DNA of 64,000 nucleotides from Desulfuromonas sp. (GTDB taxonomy: Bacteria > Desulfobacterota > Desulfuromonadia > Desulfuromonadales > UBA2294). A program made the position numbers and the translations under genes. Below, piece after piece: positions 1-10,776 of this stretch (positions are counted from its first letter, which is position 1; the number at the start of each line of letters is the position of its first letter). The DNA lies in the NCBI GenBank assembly GCA_002869615.1, contig PKUH01000106.1, positions 6,158 to 70,157 of the forward strand, given 5' to 3'. The notes under the pieces were generated by a model. The model was not told the origin of the DNA. It saw only the letters and a program-made list of their open reading frames with translations, and made no database searches.

Positions 1-1156
1 TCGCCTCACCGATGCCGATATAGCGGACCGGAATCTTAAGGTCATTGCTGATCGCGACAACGATTCCGCCCTTGGCCGTACCATCAAGTTTGGTCAGCAC
101 AATGCCATCGACATCGACCGCCTCCTTGAACAGGCGGGCCTGGGCCAATGCATTCTGACCGGTCGTTGCATCAACAACCAGAAGAGTCTGGTGCGGCGCC
201 CCGGCAAGTTCGCGCCCGAGCACACGGCATACCTTCTTGAGCTCTTCCATCAGGTTGGCCTTGGTATGAAGCCGGCCGGCCGTATCGATAATCAGAAGAT
301 CGCTCTTCCGGGCAATCGCCGCCTTGACTGCATCAAAGGCGACTGCCGCCGGATCGCCGCCCTCCTGGTGCCGAACGATATCAACTCCGGCCCGCCTGGC
401 CCAGACTTCAAGTTGCTCAGCAGCCGCGGCCCGGAAAGTATCGCCGGCGCCGAGCAATACCTTTTTACCGTCAGCGGCGTAGCGACTGGCCAGCTTGCCG
501 ATCGTCGTCGTCTTGCCGACGCCGTTGACGCCGACCATCATGATAACCTTCGGACCCGCCGCAATTTCGCGATCCGGGACGGCAACCAGCCTGAGCCGGA
601 GGCTGATCTCTTCCTTTAACCCGGCATATATCTCTGACGATGGCGCATCACTGCCGGAGAATCTCTCTTCCAGGGCCCGAACCAGAGCCTGCGTCGTTGG
701 CATCCCGAAATCGGAAGTGATCAGAATCTCTTCGAGTTCTTCAATCATTTCCGGGCTGAACCGGCTCTGGCTGCCGAAAAGGCCGTCCAGACGACCGACC
801 AGCGAATCCCGGGTTTTGCCGAGACCGGAGCGCATTCGTTCCAGAACCGTTACCTCAGGGGCGACAACCGCTTCAGCCTCCGGATCCATGCCGATGGCAA
901 TGGAGTCGTCTGGCCGCTTTTCTTCTTGCACAACCGGCTCGCCGCTTTTTTCGGGCGCCGTTGTTTCATTTACAGAGAGCCCTGACTTGCGGCGACTGAT
1001 GCGCCAGACGACGAATACGAACAACAGAGAGATCAGGGTTGCACAAACATAAAGAAGGATCAGCGCACCGACCGGACGCGAGGCTTCAGCCACACCGATG
1101 GCACCCAGAAGGCTTTGAGTTTTCTGCAGTAATTGATCCAACCAGGGGGCGTTCAT
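1..1156 (-). CDS. ftsY: Signal recognition particle receptor FtsY. The start codon lies inside the window and the 3' end runs off the window start.
   Basis: The minus-strand frame is open from the ATG at 1156 (MNAPWLDQLL...) to position 1. The translation shows SRP-GTPase motifs GVNGVGKTTTIGKLA, DTAGR and TKLDGTAKGG. The gene is absent from the ORF track, presumably because it is edge-truncated. Confidence 0.93.
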   Translation of the reverse strand, partial: MNAPWLDQLLQKTQSLLGAIGVAEASRPVGALILLYVCATLISLLFVFVVWRISRRKSGLSVNETTAPEKSGEPVVQEEKRPDDSIAIGMDPEAEAVVAPEVTVLERMRSGLGKTRDSLVGRLDGLFGSQSRFSPEMIEELEEILITSDFGMPTTQALVRALEERFSGSDAPSSEIYAGLKEEISLRLRLVAVPDREIAAGPKVIMMVGVNGVGKTTTIGKLASRYAADGKKVLLGAGDTFRAAAAEQLEVWARRAGVDIVRHQEGGDPAAVAFDAVKAAIARKSDLLIIDTAGRLHTKANLMEELKKVCRVLGRELAGAPHQTLLVVDATTGQNALAQARLFKEAVDVDGIVLTKLDGTAKGGIVVAISNDLKIPVRYIGIGEA

Positions 1157-1204
1157 ACAAGAATCTTTCTGATGCAGATCATGACCCGCACCGCTTCACA
1201 ATCC

Positions 1205-1567
1205 TCAGGCAATCTCTGCACGCAGGGCCAGAACCGTTTTACGTGCTTCAAACTGGGCACGGCCGAAAGAGGCATCCTTCTGCAAGGTCAGAACAAGATA
1301 GTAGTCGCTGGTAATCGGGATTATCAGGGTCTGGGTCTTTTCGGTCGTTACGATAATTTCCTGCAGATCATCACTGTCGAGATCGCGCATTGCCTTGCGC
1401 ATATTGGCCAGAATAATCCCCTTGTGCGCACCGATAACTTTCATTTCGAACTCATCCATCCGCGACGAAACCTGGTCAACCGCCTCACCTTCCCAGTCGG
1501 CCAGAATTGCTCCAATCGAACCGGGGACCCGCTCGAGGAGATCTGAGAGTGTATCTTTAAACGACAT
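1205..1567 (-). CDS. Roadblock/LC7 (MglB-like) domain protein
   Basis: 120-aa ORF. Its size and sequence style (GAILADWEGEAV..., ...YYLVLTL...) fit the Roadblock/LC7 family. It is co-oriented between smc and ftsY. Confidence 0.6.
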   Translation of the reverse strand: MSFKDTLSDLLERVPGSIGAILADWEGEAVDQVSSRMDEFEMKVIGAHKGIILANMRKAMRDLDSDDLQEIIVTTEKTQTLIIPITSDYYLVLTLQKDASFGRAQFEARKTVLALRAEIA

Positions 1568-1578
1568 TTTTCATCATC

Positions 1579-4500
1579 TCAATATTCATTAATTTTGACG
1601 GAAACGGTTTTCGACACACCGGGTTCTTCCATCGTTACGCCATATAAGGTATCAGCAATTTCCATCGTACGCTTGTTATGAGTTATCAGGATAAACTGCG
1701 AGATTGCAGACATTTCGCGAACAATCTCGTTAAACCTCCCGATGTTTGCATCGTCGAGTGGCGCATCGACCTCGTCAAGCAGACAGAACGGCGACGGCTT
1801 GACCATAAAGATCGAGAAAATCAGGGCAACCGCGGTCAGGGCTTTCTCGCCTCCGGACAGCAGGGTTACGTTTTGCAGTTTTTTGCCGGGGGGCTGGGCA
1901 ATGATATCGATTCCGGTTTCCAGAAGGTCGTCTTCGTCACTCAGATTGAGTATTGCCTTACCGCCCCGGAACAGACGCGGAAAAACTTCCTGAAACTTGG
2001 TATTGACCAGATCGAATGTTTCGCGGAAACGGCGCCGGGTGGTCCGATTGATCTTGCTGATGGCAGCCTGCAATCCGGCCAGTGATTTTTGAAGATCCTC
2101 CTGCTGAACCGTCAGGAACTCATATCGCTCCTCGAGCTCCTGAAACTCTTCTATGGCGGTCAGGTTCACTTCACCCATTGCATCGAGTTGACGTTTCAAT
2201 TCTTCCATGCGAACCGATTCACGGTCGCGATCGCGATCCCCTTCAGTCGGATTGAATATCTGCAGGTCAACCCGATACTTTTCAAGAATACTGTCGCGCA
2301 AATGTTCCGCTTCCAGTTCCAGTTCACGCCCTTTCAGCTGCAGACCCGAAAGACTCTCGCGTAACTGGGTCACTTCCGAGCGCAACAGCTTGAGGGCGGT
2401 CTCCCGTTCATCAACCTGCAACTGCCCGGCATCGAAATCTTCACGCAACTTGACGACATCGGACTGCAGCTTTTCACGCTGTTCGAACAGCTCGGCCAAT
2501 TTACCCTTCAACTCTTCGTTCTCAAGCTGCAATCGTTTCCGATCAACCTCACCCTGCTCCTGACGCTGCTGTAGCGATACTGTCCGGTTTTGCAATTCGC
2601 TGCGTAGCTGTTCCAGCCGTTGCAAGGTCTGGCGCGAGCCCTCTTCGCGCTCGCGCATTGTTGAGACCGCAACCTTGAGCGTCATCAAACGTTCATTCGC
2701 TTTTTCCCGCTGCTGCCGCAGGGAGAAAACTGATTCCTGTAACCGCGACACCGAATTTTCGAGTTCGGTTTTTTCCTGAACCCTTTCTTCATGGCCGCGC
2801 GACGACTCCTCAAGCAGACGCTGCAACTCTTCATGTTCTTCATGGAGCTGATTCTCCTCAAGGCTGAGAACTTCGAGTCGATCGAGCAGGCGCTCCGCTT
2901 CCTGTTTTCGTCCGCCAAGCTCACGTTCACTGTCGACAGTCTGCAATTCAGACTGATGCAATGCGGCACTGACCTCGCGCAGCTCGCTGCTGGCGGCACT
3001 GAACTCTTCGCGAAGCTGTTCACGCTGCTGCTGCATCTGCTCAACCTGTTGACGCAACTCGGCGACCTGCTGTTCAAGCTCCTTGATTTCGCGCTTCTGG
3101 TGCAGCAACCCCTCTTCAAGAACATCACTCGATCCGCCGGCAAGTTCGCCCCGGAACGACAGGGTCTCACCGGCCTCGGTGACAAGCAGACAACCGGCCG
3201 GCAGATTCCCGGCCAGATGGGATGCGAGAGAGTCAACCAGCCGAACACCGGAGAGCAATGCCTCAACGGCTGAACCGCTGTTTTTAACTTTGATCAGGTC
3301 AAAAAGTGCCTCGCCGGGATGATGACCCTGTGGTTTAACCGCCTGAAAATCGGAGAGCAGAAAAGAGCTCCGCCCCCTGTTCTCACGCAAAAAACTGAAT
3401 GCGGCAAAAACATCATTGCTGCTTTTCGCCAGAACATCCTGAAGGCGGTCGCCGAGAACTGCTTCGACAGCCGCTTCGTAGCGGGCTGGAACTTCGATAG
3501 CATCGGCCAGAAAGCCACCGAACCGCTGGCCGTATTCATCGCTACCCATCAAGGCCTTGACGCCGCCACCGTAACCTTCGAGGTTTTTTTCAAGTTGCTG
3601 CAGTGATTCGAGGCGCGCCCGATGACGGTTCAGTTCTTCACGTTTGACCAGTAAACGATTTTCGTTGTCATCGGTCTGCTGTTCAAAGGTCTCGATACTC
3701 TTTTCAAGTTCAGATTTGCGTTGCAGCATCGACTGACGATCACCCCTGATTTTTTTCAGAGAGGTTTCAAGTACATCGACCTGCTGTTGTGCAGTCTGAT
3801 GTTCGTTTTTAAGGGTCAGGGCTTCAGTATGGCTTTTGTCGGTTTGCTGTTGCAGTGTTTTGAGGCGGCGCTCCGCCTCTTCTTTCTGAGAAGCCATTCT
3901 GGTCAGCTCGCCAACAATATTGTAGGCCCGGCTACGCGCCTCTTCGAGTTCGGCTGCGGCGGCCTCTTCCTTGGCCTGCAAACCGGCGAGTTCCTGGCCC
4001 GCTTTATCGAGCTGGTCACCTTCGCAATTGAGCTCCTGCTGAAACGACTCGAGACTCTTGCGTACGGTTTCTTCCTCCCCGGCCAGAGATTGAAGCCGTT
4101 CGGTTGCCTCTTTCGACTCGGCAACGTACTCTTCTTTCTGTCGCGCAATCAGGTCGGACTCATTATTATTACTATCTATTTTCGCCTCAATCCCCTGGAT
4201 TGATGACGATATACTGTACATCCGCTCCTGCTCCTGACTGACCTCACGTTCGCGCACCGACTGATCAAGTTTGAGCTTTTCGAGGGAAGCTTCCTGCTCG
4301 GCAAGCCGCGCGGCTTTTTCCTCGACCATGTTCTGATGCTGACGCTCGAGTGAAGTTTTGTCACCGATGCCGTCAAGCAGTTCGCGATAGCGATCGTGCG
4401 CGATAGCCGTTTCAATGCCACGCAGCTCGTCACGCAAAGTCCGGAATCGCTCCGCTTTTTTGGCCTGGCGCTTCAGGCTGTTGGTCTGACGGCGAACTTC

Positions 4501-5097
4501 GCTGATAATGTCGTTGAGTCGTTCGAGATTGTGCCGGGTTGCGTCGATCTTGCGTAATGCTGATTTCTTGCGGGCCTTGAACTTGGTAACACCGGCCGCC
4601 TCTTCAATGAGAAAGCGCCGCTCCTCTGGCTTGGCATTGAGAACCATGCCGATCTTGCCCTGCTCGATGATCGAGTAAGCCTTGGTGCCGACACCGGTAT
4701 CCATAAACAGTTCGGTAATATCGAGGAGTCGACAGGGCGTCTTGTTGATCAGGTACTCACTGTCTCCATTACGGTAGAGTCGCCTGGTAACAACAATTTC
4801 CGCGTATTCACGATAGGCCGCCGGAGCCAGGCCCTCATCATTGGAGAATGCGATCGAAACCTCGGCCATGCCGAGTGGTTTGCGGGTCTCACTCCCGCCG
4901 AAAATGACATCTTCCATCGAACGGCCACGCAGTTGTTTGGCGCTCTGTTCGCCCATCGACCAACGGATCGCGTCGACGATATTGCTTTTGCCGCAACCGT
5001 TCTGTCCAACCACACCGATAATGCCCTCAGAAAATTCGAAAGAGGTCTTATCGACGAAGGACTTGAAACCAACTATGTCAAGACGTTTAATCTTCAT
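1579..5097 (-). CDS. smc: Chromosome partition protein SMC
   Basis: 1172 aa. Walker A GQNGCGKSN at the N-terminus, long coiled-coil middle, central hinge, C-terminal signature LSGGEKALTAVAL and Walker B LLDEVDAPLD. Confidence 0.95.
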   Translation of the reverse strand: MKIKRLDIVGFKSFVDKTSFEFSEGIIGVVGQNGCGKSNIVDAIRWSMGEQSAKQLRGRSMEDVIFGGSETRKPLGMAEVSIAFSNDEGLAPAAYREYAEIVVTRRLYRNGDSEYLINKTPCRLLDITELFMDTGVGTKAYSIIEQGKIGMVLNAKPEERRFLIEEAAGVTKFKARKKSALRKIDATRHNLERLNDIISEVRRQTNSLKRQAKKAERFRTLRDELRGIETAIAHDRYRELLDGIGDKTSLERQHQNMVEEKAARLAEQEASLEKLKLDQSVREREVSQEQERMYSISSSIQGIEAKIDSNNNESDLIARQKEEYVAESKEATERLQSLAGEEETVRKSLESFQQELNCEGDQLDKAGQELAGLQAKEEAAAAELEEARSRAYNIVGELTRMASQKEEAERRLKTLQQQTDKSHTEALTLKNEHQTAQQQVDVLETSLKKIRGDRQSMLQRKSELEKSIETFEQQTDDNENRLLVKREELNRHRARLESLQQLEKNLEGYGGGVKALMGSDEYGQRFGGFLADAIEVPARYEAAVEAVLGDRLQDVLAKSSNDVFAAFSFLRENRGRSSFLLSDFQAVKPQGHHPGEALFDLIKVKNSGSAVEALLSGVRLVDSLASHLAGNLPAGCLLVTEAGETLSFRGELAGGSSDVLEEGLLHQKREIKELEQQVAELRQQVEQMQQQREQLREEFSAASSELREVSAALHQSELQTVDSERELGGRKQEAERLLDRLEVLSLEENQLHEEHEELQRLLEESSRGHEERVQEKTELENSVSRLQESVFSLRQQREKANERLMTLKVAVSTMREREEGSRQTLQRLEQLRSELQNRTVSLQQRQEQGEVDRKRLQLENEELKGKLAELFEQREKLQSDVVKLREDFDAGQLQVDERETALKLLRSEVTQLRESLSGLQLKGRELELEAEHLRDSILEKYRVDLQIFNPTEGDRDRDRESVRMEELKRQLDAMGEVNLTAIEEFQELEERYEFLTVQQEDLQKSLAGLQAAISKINRTTRRRFRETFDLVNTKFQEVFPRLFRGGKAILNLSDEDDLLETGIDIIAQPPGKKLQNVTLLSGGEKALTAVALIFSIFMVKPSPFCLLDEVDAPLDDANIGRFNEIVREMSAISQFILITHNKRTMEIADTLYGVTMEEPGVSKTVSVKINEY

Positions 5098-5242
5098 TGA
5101 AAATCGGCAGGGAACCCACGGTTGTATTGGCCAGAATGTCAGCGCGCCATATTATCAAGCGGACCAGACCATGTAAAGGATATATGTCACAAAACAGACT
5201 AATCTTGCCGGCCGTGGCAAGTGAGGGTATGCTCGACTTGTC

Positions 5243-6133
5243 ATGATCGAAAAAAAGGTAAAAAACAACGAGGCAAACAGCACACTTCTCACATACCTGC
5301 AGCAGCAGATTGCACACGCACCGGTATCTTATCTTCGACAACTGATCAGAACCGGGAAAATCAACTTGAACGGGTCGCGTTCGACGCCCGAACAGCTTCT
5401 GGTAGCCGGAGATTGCATTACCCTGCCGCAGAGTCAAAGGCTTCTTGACCTGATTGAGAGGAGTGTACAACCACTGACCATCCTCTATGAATCAGAAGAG
5501 GTGCTGATCGTACACAAACCGGCCGGCCTGGCAACCCACAGCAGCCAGGGCCATGAACACGACAACCTGGTGTCACAAGTCGTCAGTCGAACAAAAATGA
5601 AAGGTCAGAAATTCAAGATTGCGGCGATTCATCGCCTTGATGTGCCGACCTCCGGTCCGGTCATTTTCGGCAAGGGGCAACAGGCGATCGCCACTCTCGG
5701 GCGTCTTATGCAGGAGAACGGTATTAAGAAAAAGTATTTGGCCCTGGTCAAAAGCGGCCTGCCACAGGGAGGTCTCTTCTCCGGAGGCATTGCCAGCAAA
5801 GGAAAAATCAAATACGCGGAAACCCGGTTCCGAATTCTTGATACGCTCTCCGGTTTTGACCTGCTCGAGCTTGAACTCCGCACCGGAAGACAACACCAGA
5901 TCCGGAAACATCTCGCCGACCGCGGGTATCCGATCGCCGGCGATAACCGCTATAGCGGGCCAGCGACCGGCAACATGGAAAGGCTTTTCCTGCATTGCCA
6001 TTACATTGAACTTACAAACCCGTTTTCGGGTGAGCAGATGACCCTTTACGACCCGCTACCACCTGCCCTTTTGGAGACACTTCAAACGCTCGGCCTTGAC
6101 GACCTTTCTTTATTAATGACAGGCCCGGGATGA
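5243..6133 (+). CDS. RluA-family 23S rRNA pseudouridine synthase (RluD-like, with N-terminal S4-like domain)
   Basis: 296 aa with the catalytic motif HRLDVPTSGPVIFGK. Confidence 0.85.
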   Translation: MIEKKVKNNEANSTLLTYLQQQIAHAPVSYLRQLIRTGKINLNGSRSTPEQLLVAGDCITLPQSQRLLDLIERSVQPLTILYESEEVLIVHKPAGLATHSSQGHEHDNLVSQVVSRTKMKGQKFKIAAIHRLDVPTSGPVIFGKGQQAIATLGRLMQENGIKKKYLALVKSGLPQGGLFSGGIASKGKIKYAETRFRILDTLSGFDLLELELRTGRQHQIRKHLADRGYPIAGDNRYSGPATGNMERLFLHCHYIELTNPFSGEQMTLYDPLPPALLETLQTLGLDDLSLLMTGPG

Positions 6134-6274
6134 GTGATCATCCCTCCAAGAATTCTGGACTTTTAGCCAGTGAAAGCATATCATTTAATTAAAGCAAAAC
6201 TTCATTTCATAGCACCTGCGCGACTGGAGAAATAAAGCCAGGAGCTAATACAGGATAGAAGCGGAACAAGCTGC

Positions 6275-9200
6275 ATGAAATTCTCTCTTCGCCGACTTAT
6301 TGTCACGATCACTCTTGTTCTGATCATTGCGGCAACAACAATAGTCAGTATTTTTATTTCGGAGTTTGACCTGAACAACTTCCGGGCGCAGATCTCTGAT
6401 TCCATCAGCACGCAGCTTTCCCAACCCGCCAACCTCGGAAAAGCCCATTTCTCGATCAAGCACGGACCATCATTTGCCTTCGATGATATTCTGATCGGCA
6501 CCAAGCAGGGTCCGCTTTACCTGACGGCAGAGCATATTTTTTTTCGACTTGATGTCCTGCCGCTATTAAGAGGCGACTTCAGATTTTCAGAAATCCTTTT
6601 TGAAAAGCCTGACATCACTCTCAAGGTAGGCCAAAAGCTAACCGGCAACTCTAACAAGGCTACCGGAATACCGGACCTTGAACAGACGCTCTGGACTGAT
6701 ACCCTCGTCCGATCAATCAGAATCCATGATGGTCACTTCAGGATTGAAGACTATAGCCGTTCTGAGACGCCCTTTGTGGTTGCCCTCGAGCAGTTGCGAA
6801 TGGTCGTCGATGACCTCAGCCTGCAGGAATCTGGAAAAGTCGAGATCACCGCTGATATAAACTGCAACGACATCCGGTCACCATTGAAATTGAGCGGCAA
6901 TATCAGGGCCGGAGAATCAAAACCTTTTTGGAACCACGCGACCTTTGATCTTGACATGAACATCAACGACTTTGCATCGGATGTTTTGTCAAACCGGTAC
7001 CAGCATCTCTCTTCCCGCTTCAGAATTGAAGGCCGCACTGACATCACGACCCGCTTTTCCGGCTCACCGGCCGAAGGGCTCAACTTCAACATAGCGTTGA
7101 GCGGCCGTGACCTCGGAATCAGATTGCCCGGTAGAAATGAAGTAATTTCGGCAAAACAAATCGGCATCGAAGGCAATTGGCAGAAGACAGATCAACTCCA
7201 TAAGTTTGCGGGGATAGATCTCTTATTCGACTCAACCCATTTCTACGGCGACGGCCAAATCGATCTGGCACAAAAAGACCCGGTGCTGACGACTGAAATT
7301 TCGGCGCCACATCTCCCTCTGACCATGCTGAACCATTTTTTGCCGGCGGATAGCGCCCTGCAGGCAAGATCCGGCACCGTCCGACTGAATCGACTCGACA
7401 TCAACGCTAAACTCTCAACATTGATGAACGGCGTCGGTCGGGCCAATGCGGTTCAGAATCTCGAGATCGAGCTGTTGCAGGGAGAACTCATTCTCGGGCG
7501 CACCATAGTGACCGACATCAATTTCGATCTCGGCTGGAAGAATCAAAAGATCAGCCTGAAACACCTGCATTTCAATAGCGGCGATATCCAGGTCTCAAGC
7601 GACGCCGGATTCGATATTGCCAGTCCGGGCGCAGCTCTTGAAAAACTGAACCTGACCGGCCAATGGAACATGACTCTACAAAACCGGATCCGGGCAAAAG
7701 ACTCTCATGCTGTTTTTCCCGAAAAAGGCCTTAAGGCGGTTCTGCACCTCGATGCTGTATATTCCGGCAATACATGGAATTTGAAGGACAATCTCCTGGC
7801 GCTGCCTTCAATCAAGATTATCTTCCAGGGCCATTACGAGACGACCGGCGACCGGGAATATTCGCTCCGGGCAACAATGCCCGAATTTTCGCTCAGCGAC
7901 CTTTTCCTGATATCACCGGCTATCTCGGCAATCCAACCCGGCGGCAAAATGTCTGGCGATATCGAATGGACCGGCAGCACCGCATCACCCTCCGATCTTT
8001 CAGGAAAAATCATCCTGAATGAAGCATCGTTGCAGATTGCCGGCCCGATCGCCGACCTGACAAGGCTTAACGGTAAAATCAGGCTCGACTGGCCTGAAAT
8101 CAGGGGCGAAGGGCTAAGTGCCCAGCTTGGCCAATCTCCGATTCAACTCGGCCTTGAAATTCCGGATTTGAATACTGCCAAGGTCAACATGATTATCAGG
8201 GGGGATTCAATCCGGGCCGACGAGTTGATCTTCCGTTCAGACAAAGCGTATCTGCGTGACGTCGATTCCCGACTCAGCATCACCGAAAATGCAATCTATC
8301 TCGGGCCGATTTATCTACGCATGGATCGAGGTACAAATGTCACGATAAACGGGACTGTAAGCAACCTGCCGGCCGCCAACACCAAGCTGACGATTGAAGG
8401 GCGATACGGAAATATCGATGAAGTGATCAGCCTCTGGCTTGCCGATAACCCTCAACAATTCAAACAGAAGCAGAGAAAACAGCAAGGTAGCCTGGAAATA
8501 GATATCCACACCGCAGCTGGTGAAATAGCCAACCTGCCATTCGAGGAAAGCACCGGCCATATCAGCTATCGTGATCGCACTCTGATTATCAATCCGATCG
8601 AGTTTAAATCTGGCCCCGGCACCGGGATCGGCCAAGTGCTCGTCAAGTACCGGGACAACCAGCCACCGCTCATGAAGATTTCCGGACATCTCGAAAACTT
8701 CGACGCGCTTGCGGTCTACCAACAACTGCTGCAAAGGAAAGGGATTATCACCGGGCGACTGTGGGGAGACTTTTACCTCGAGGGGACAGCCGGCAATCTT
8801 AAAGAGGTTTTTCTGCCCTCCTCCTTCGGCGCCTTTGATTTCACTGTCCGGGACGGCGTATTAAAAAAACTGCGCGGGTTGAGCAATGCCCTGACCCTGT
8901 TTAATGTTTATCCGATTTTCACTTCATCGGGAAAAGAGCGTGGTGTCCCCTTCGACAAACTGCAGGGCAATACCATATTGAAGAATGGGATTCTGGCATC
9001 CGAAAACATATCGATGCAAGGTGATGTCATGAATATGACAATGACCGGTACGCAGGATCTGATCGCAAACGAGGTCGATCTGGAACTCGGTATTATGCCG
9101 TTACGAACCATTGACCGGCTGCTCACCAAGATTACGCTTGCCGGGTGGATATTGACCGGCGAAAAGAAGGCATTGGTTACAGCTCACTTCAAGTTGAGCG

Positions 9201-9331
9201 GACCGGGAGACGACCCCAATGTCACTCCCATTCCGATCGAGTCGGCATCGAAACAGGTTATTGGACTTTTCCGAAGGCTTTTTACCCTGCCGGTCAAAAT
9301 TATTTCCGACGTCAACGAGGCAATCAATTAA
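6275..9331 (+). CDS. AsmA-family / AsmA-like C-terminal domain envelope protein
   Basis: 1018 aa with a single N-terminal TM helix (LIVTITLVLIIAATTIVSIF) followed by a long beta-rich periplasmic region. Architecture is typical of the AsmA/TamB/YhdP-like family. Family call made by eye. Confidence 0.6.
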   Translation: MKFSLRRLIVTITLVLIIAATTIVSIFISEFDLNNFRAQISDSISTQLSQPANLGKAHFSIKHGPSFAFDDILIGTKQGPLYLTAEHIFFRLDVLPLLRGDFRFSEILFEKPDITLKVGQKLTGNSNKATGIPDLEQTLWTDTLVRSIRIHDGHFRIEDYSRSETPFVVALEQLRMVVDDLSLQESGKVEITADINCNDIRSPLKLSGNIRAGESKPFWNHATFDLDMNINDFASDVLSNRYQHLSSRFRIEGRTDITTRFSGSPAEGLNFNIALSGRDLGIRLPGRNEVISAKQIGIEGNWQKTDQLHKFAGIDLLFDSTHFYGDGQIDLAQKDPVLTTEISAPHLPLTMLNHFLPADSALQARSGTVRLNRLDINAKLSTLMNGVGRANAVQNLEIELLQGELILGRTIVTDINFDLGWKNQKISLKHLHFNSGDIQVSSDAGFDIASPGAALEKLNLTGQWNMTLQNRIRAKDSHAVFPEKGLKAVLHLDAVYSGNTWNLKDNLLALPSIKIIFQGHYETTGDREYSLRATMPEFSLSDLFLISPAISAIQPGGKMSGDIEWTGSTASPSDLSGKIILNEASLQIAGPIADLTRLNGKIRLDWPEIRGEGLSAQLGQSPIQLGLEIPDLNTAKVNMIIRGDSIRADELIFRSDKAYLRDVDSRLSITENAIYLGPIYLRMDRGTNVTINGTVSNLPAANTKLTIEGRYGNIDEVISLWLADNPQQFKQKQRKQQGSLEIDIHTAAGEIANLPFEESTGHISYRDRTLIINPIEFKSGPGTGIGQVLVKYRDNQPPLMKISGHLENFDALAVYQQLLQRKGIITGRLWGDFYLEGTAGNLKEVFLPSSFGAFDFTVRDGVLKKLRGLSNALTLFNVYPIFTSSGKERGVPFDKLQGNTILKNGILASENISMQGDVMNMTMTGTQDLIANEVDLELGIMPLRTIDRLLTKITLAGWILTGEKKALVTAHFKLSGPGDDPNVTPIPIESASKQVIGLFRRLFTLPVKIISDVNEAIN

Positions 9332-9335
9332 GCGG

Positions 9336-9860
9336 CTATCGTTCGACGACCGCACCGTATACCGATGCCATCTGGCGGAACGCGAACTCGCCATCATCTT
9401 TGTTAATCGACGCGACCGAATCGACCGGGACCGTGACCCGGTAACCGCGCAAGGCCGCATCGGCGACAGCCGACATGATACAGATATTTGAAACGCAGCC
9501 GGTAATAATCAAAGCTTCGGCACCAATTTCCTTGAGGACCTCTTCAAGCTCGGTCTGATAAAATGCCGAATAGGTTTTTTTTCTGACGATGCGATCGCCT
9601 TCCTGCGGGGCCAGTTCACTGACAATTTCGGCACCCCGGGTCCCGGCAACGGCATGCGGCGGCCAACCCATCTTTTCGAATTCTGAATCGTCTTCGGCAT
9701 GGGCATCACACACATAAACAACCGGTGTCCCCTGTTGGCGGGCCTGCTCAACCCGGTCTGCCAGAGCCGGGAGTATTTCACGGTTGTGTGGGACCTCAAG
9801 CGGCGCACCCGAGAGAACAAAGTCATTCAGCATATCGACAACAAGAATCGCTTCTCGCAT
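9336..9860 (-). CDS. Isochorismatase-family cysteine hydrolase (nicotinamidase-like)
   Basis: 174 aa with VVDMLNDF near the N-terminus and the nucleophile-cysteine context ITGCVSNICI. Confidence 0.85.
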   Translation of the reverse strand: MREAILVVDMLNDFVLSGAPLEVPHNREILPALADRVEQARQQGTPVVYVCDAHAEDDSEFEKMGWPPHAVAGTRGAEIVSELAPQEGDRIVRKKTYSAFYQTELEEVLKEIGAEALIITGCVSNICIMSAVADAALRGYRVTVPVDSVASINKDDGEFAFRQMASVYGAVVER

Positions 9861-9952
9861 GATTAATCCTCCTCTTTTCCTGCCTGCAACTATATCAGTT
9901 TTTACGCTGAAAAAAATGCGCCCGGGCGCGCACGGGAAACCGATTATTCAAA

Positions 9953-10660
9953 TCATTTGGTGCCGACATAAACGGAGACGATGCCGAATGTCAGGTCATA
10001 GTATTGAGTATCGGCAAATCCGGCCGACTGCATCATTGCGCAGAATTCTTCCTGCGGCGGAAATTCGAGGACCGAGTCCGGCAGGTATTGATAGGCGCTA
10101 CGCCTGGAAAAAACCCCTCCGATCAAGGGCAGGAGCCGCCGAAAATAAAATTGATAGATAAATTTGAAGAAACGATTACGGGGATTTGAAAATTCGAGAA
10201 TAACAGCCCGCCCTCCCGGCTTCAGAACCCGGCGCATCTCGCGTAATCCTTGGTTGCGATCAACAACATTACGGATACCGAAGGCTATCGTAATCCCGGA
10301 AAAAGTGTTGTCCGGATGCGGGATCGACTCACAGGGTGCGTTAACAAGGGATATCCTGTCCGCGTAGAGGGATCGTTCGATTTTTTCCCGGCCAAGGACC
10401 AGCATCCCCTGCGTAAAGTCCTCACCGACAATTGTCACCGTACGGGGCGTTGTCGACGCAATTTTCAAGGCGACATCACCGGTCCCGGTCGCGATATCAA
10501 GGACTTTCCCACCCTCCGGTATCTCCAGCTGGCCAACGGCAAAGGATCGCCAGTAACGATCGATTCCGAGAGAAATCAGCCGGTTGAGAAAATCATACTG
10601 CGGGGCAATCGTCTGAAACATATCGCGAATACCCCGTCCCTTGTCACTCAAATTTGTCAT
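9953..10660 (-). CDS. ubiE: Demethylmenaquinone/ubiquinone C-methyltransferase UbiE/MenG
   Basis: SAM-binding motif VLDIATGTGD and the family N-terminus MF..IAPQYDFLNRLISLGIDRYWR. I prefer the internal ATG at 10660 (MTNLSDKG...) to the ORF-track start at 10696, based on family N-termini. Confidence 0.88.
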   Translation of the reverse strand: MTNLSDKGRGIRDMFQTIAPQYDFLNRLISLGIDRYWRSFAVGQLEIPEGGKVLDIATGTGDVALKIASTTPRTVTIVGEDFTQGMLVLGREKIERSLYADRISLVNAPCESIPHPDNTFSGITIAFGIRNVVDRNQGLREMRRVLKPGGRAVILEFSNPRNRFFKFIYQFYFRRLLPLIGGVFSRRSAYQYLPDSVLEFPPQEEFCAMMQSAGFADTQYYDLTFGIVSVYVGTK

Positions 10661-10776
10661 AAAACACCCTGGAAATATTTTCGGATTTTTTAACATAATT
10701 ACGGGGCATGAGTCACGAAAACTCTTTCCCTCTGGTTGGTATGTCTATAATGTGGATCCATCAGAAAGGAGAATAT

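Noticed and set aside
191-1052. Plus-strand ORFs 191-619 and 495-1052 (142 and 185 aa)
   Set aside because: They are antisense shadows of ftsY. Their translations are low-complexity (R/P/S-rich) with no motifs, whereas the minus strand carries clear SRP-GTPase motifs.
1579-5097. SMC as a possible Wadjet/JetC-type or other SMC-like defence ATPase
   Set aside because: It has full-length canonical SMC architecture with a hinge and housekeeping synteny with ftsY. No JetA, JetB or JetD-like genes are adjacent.
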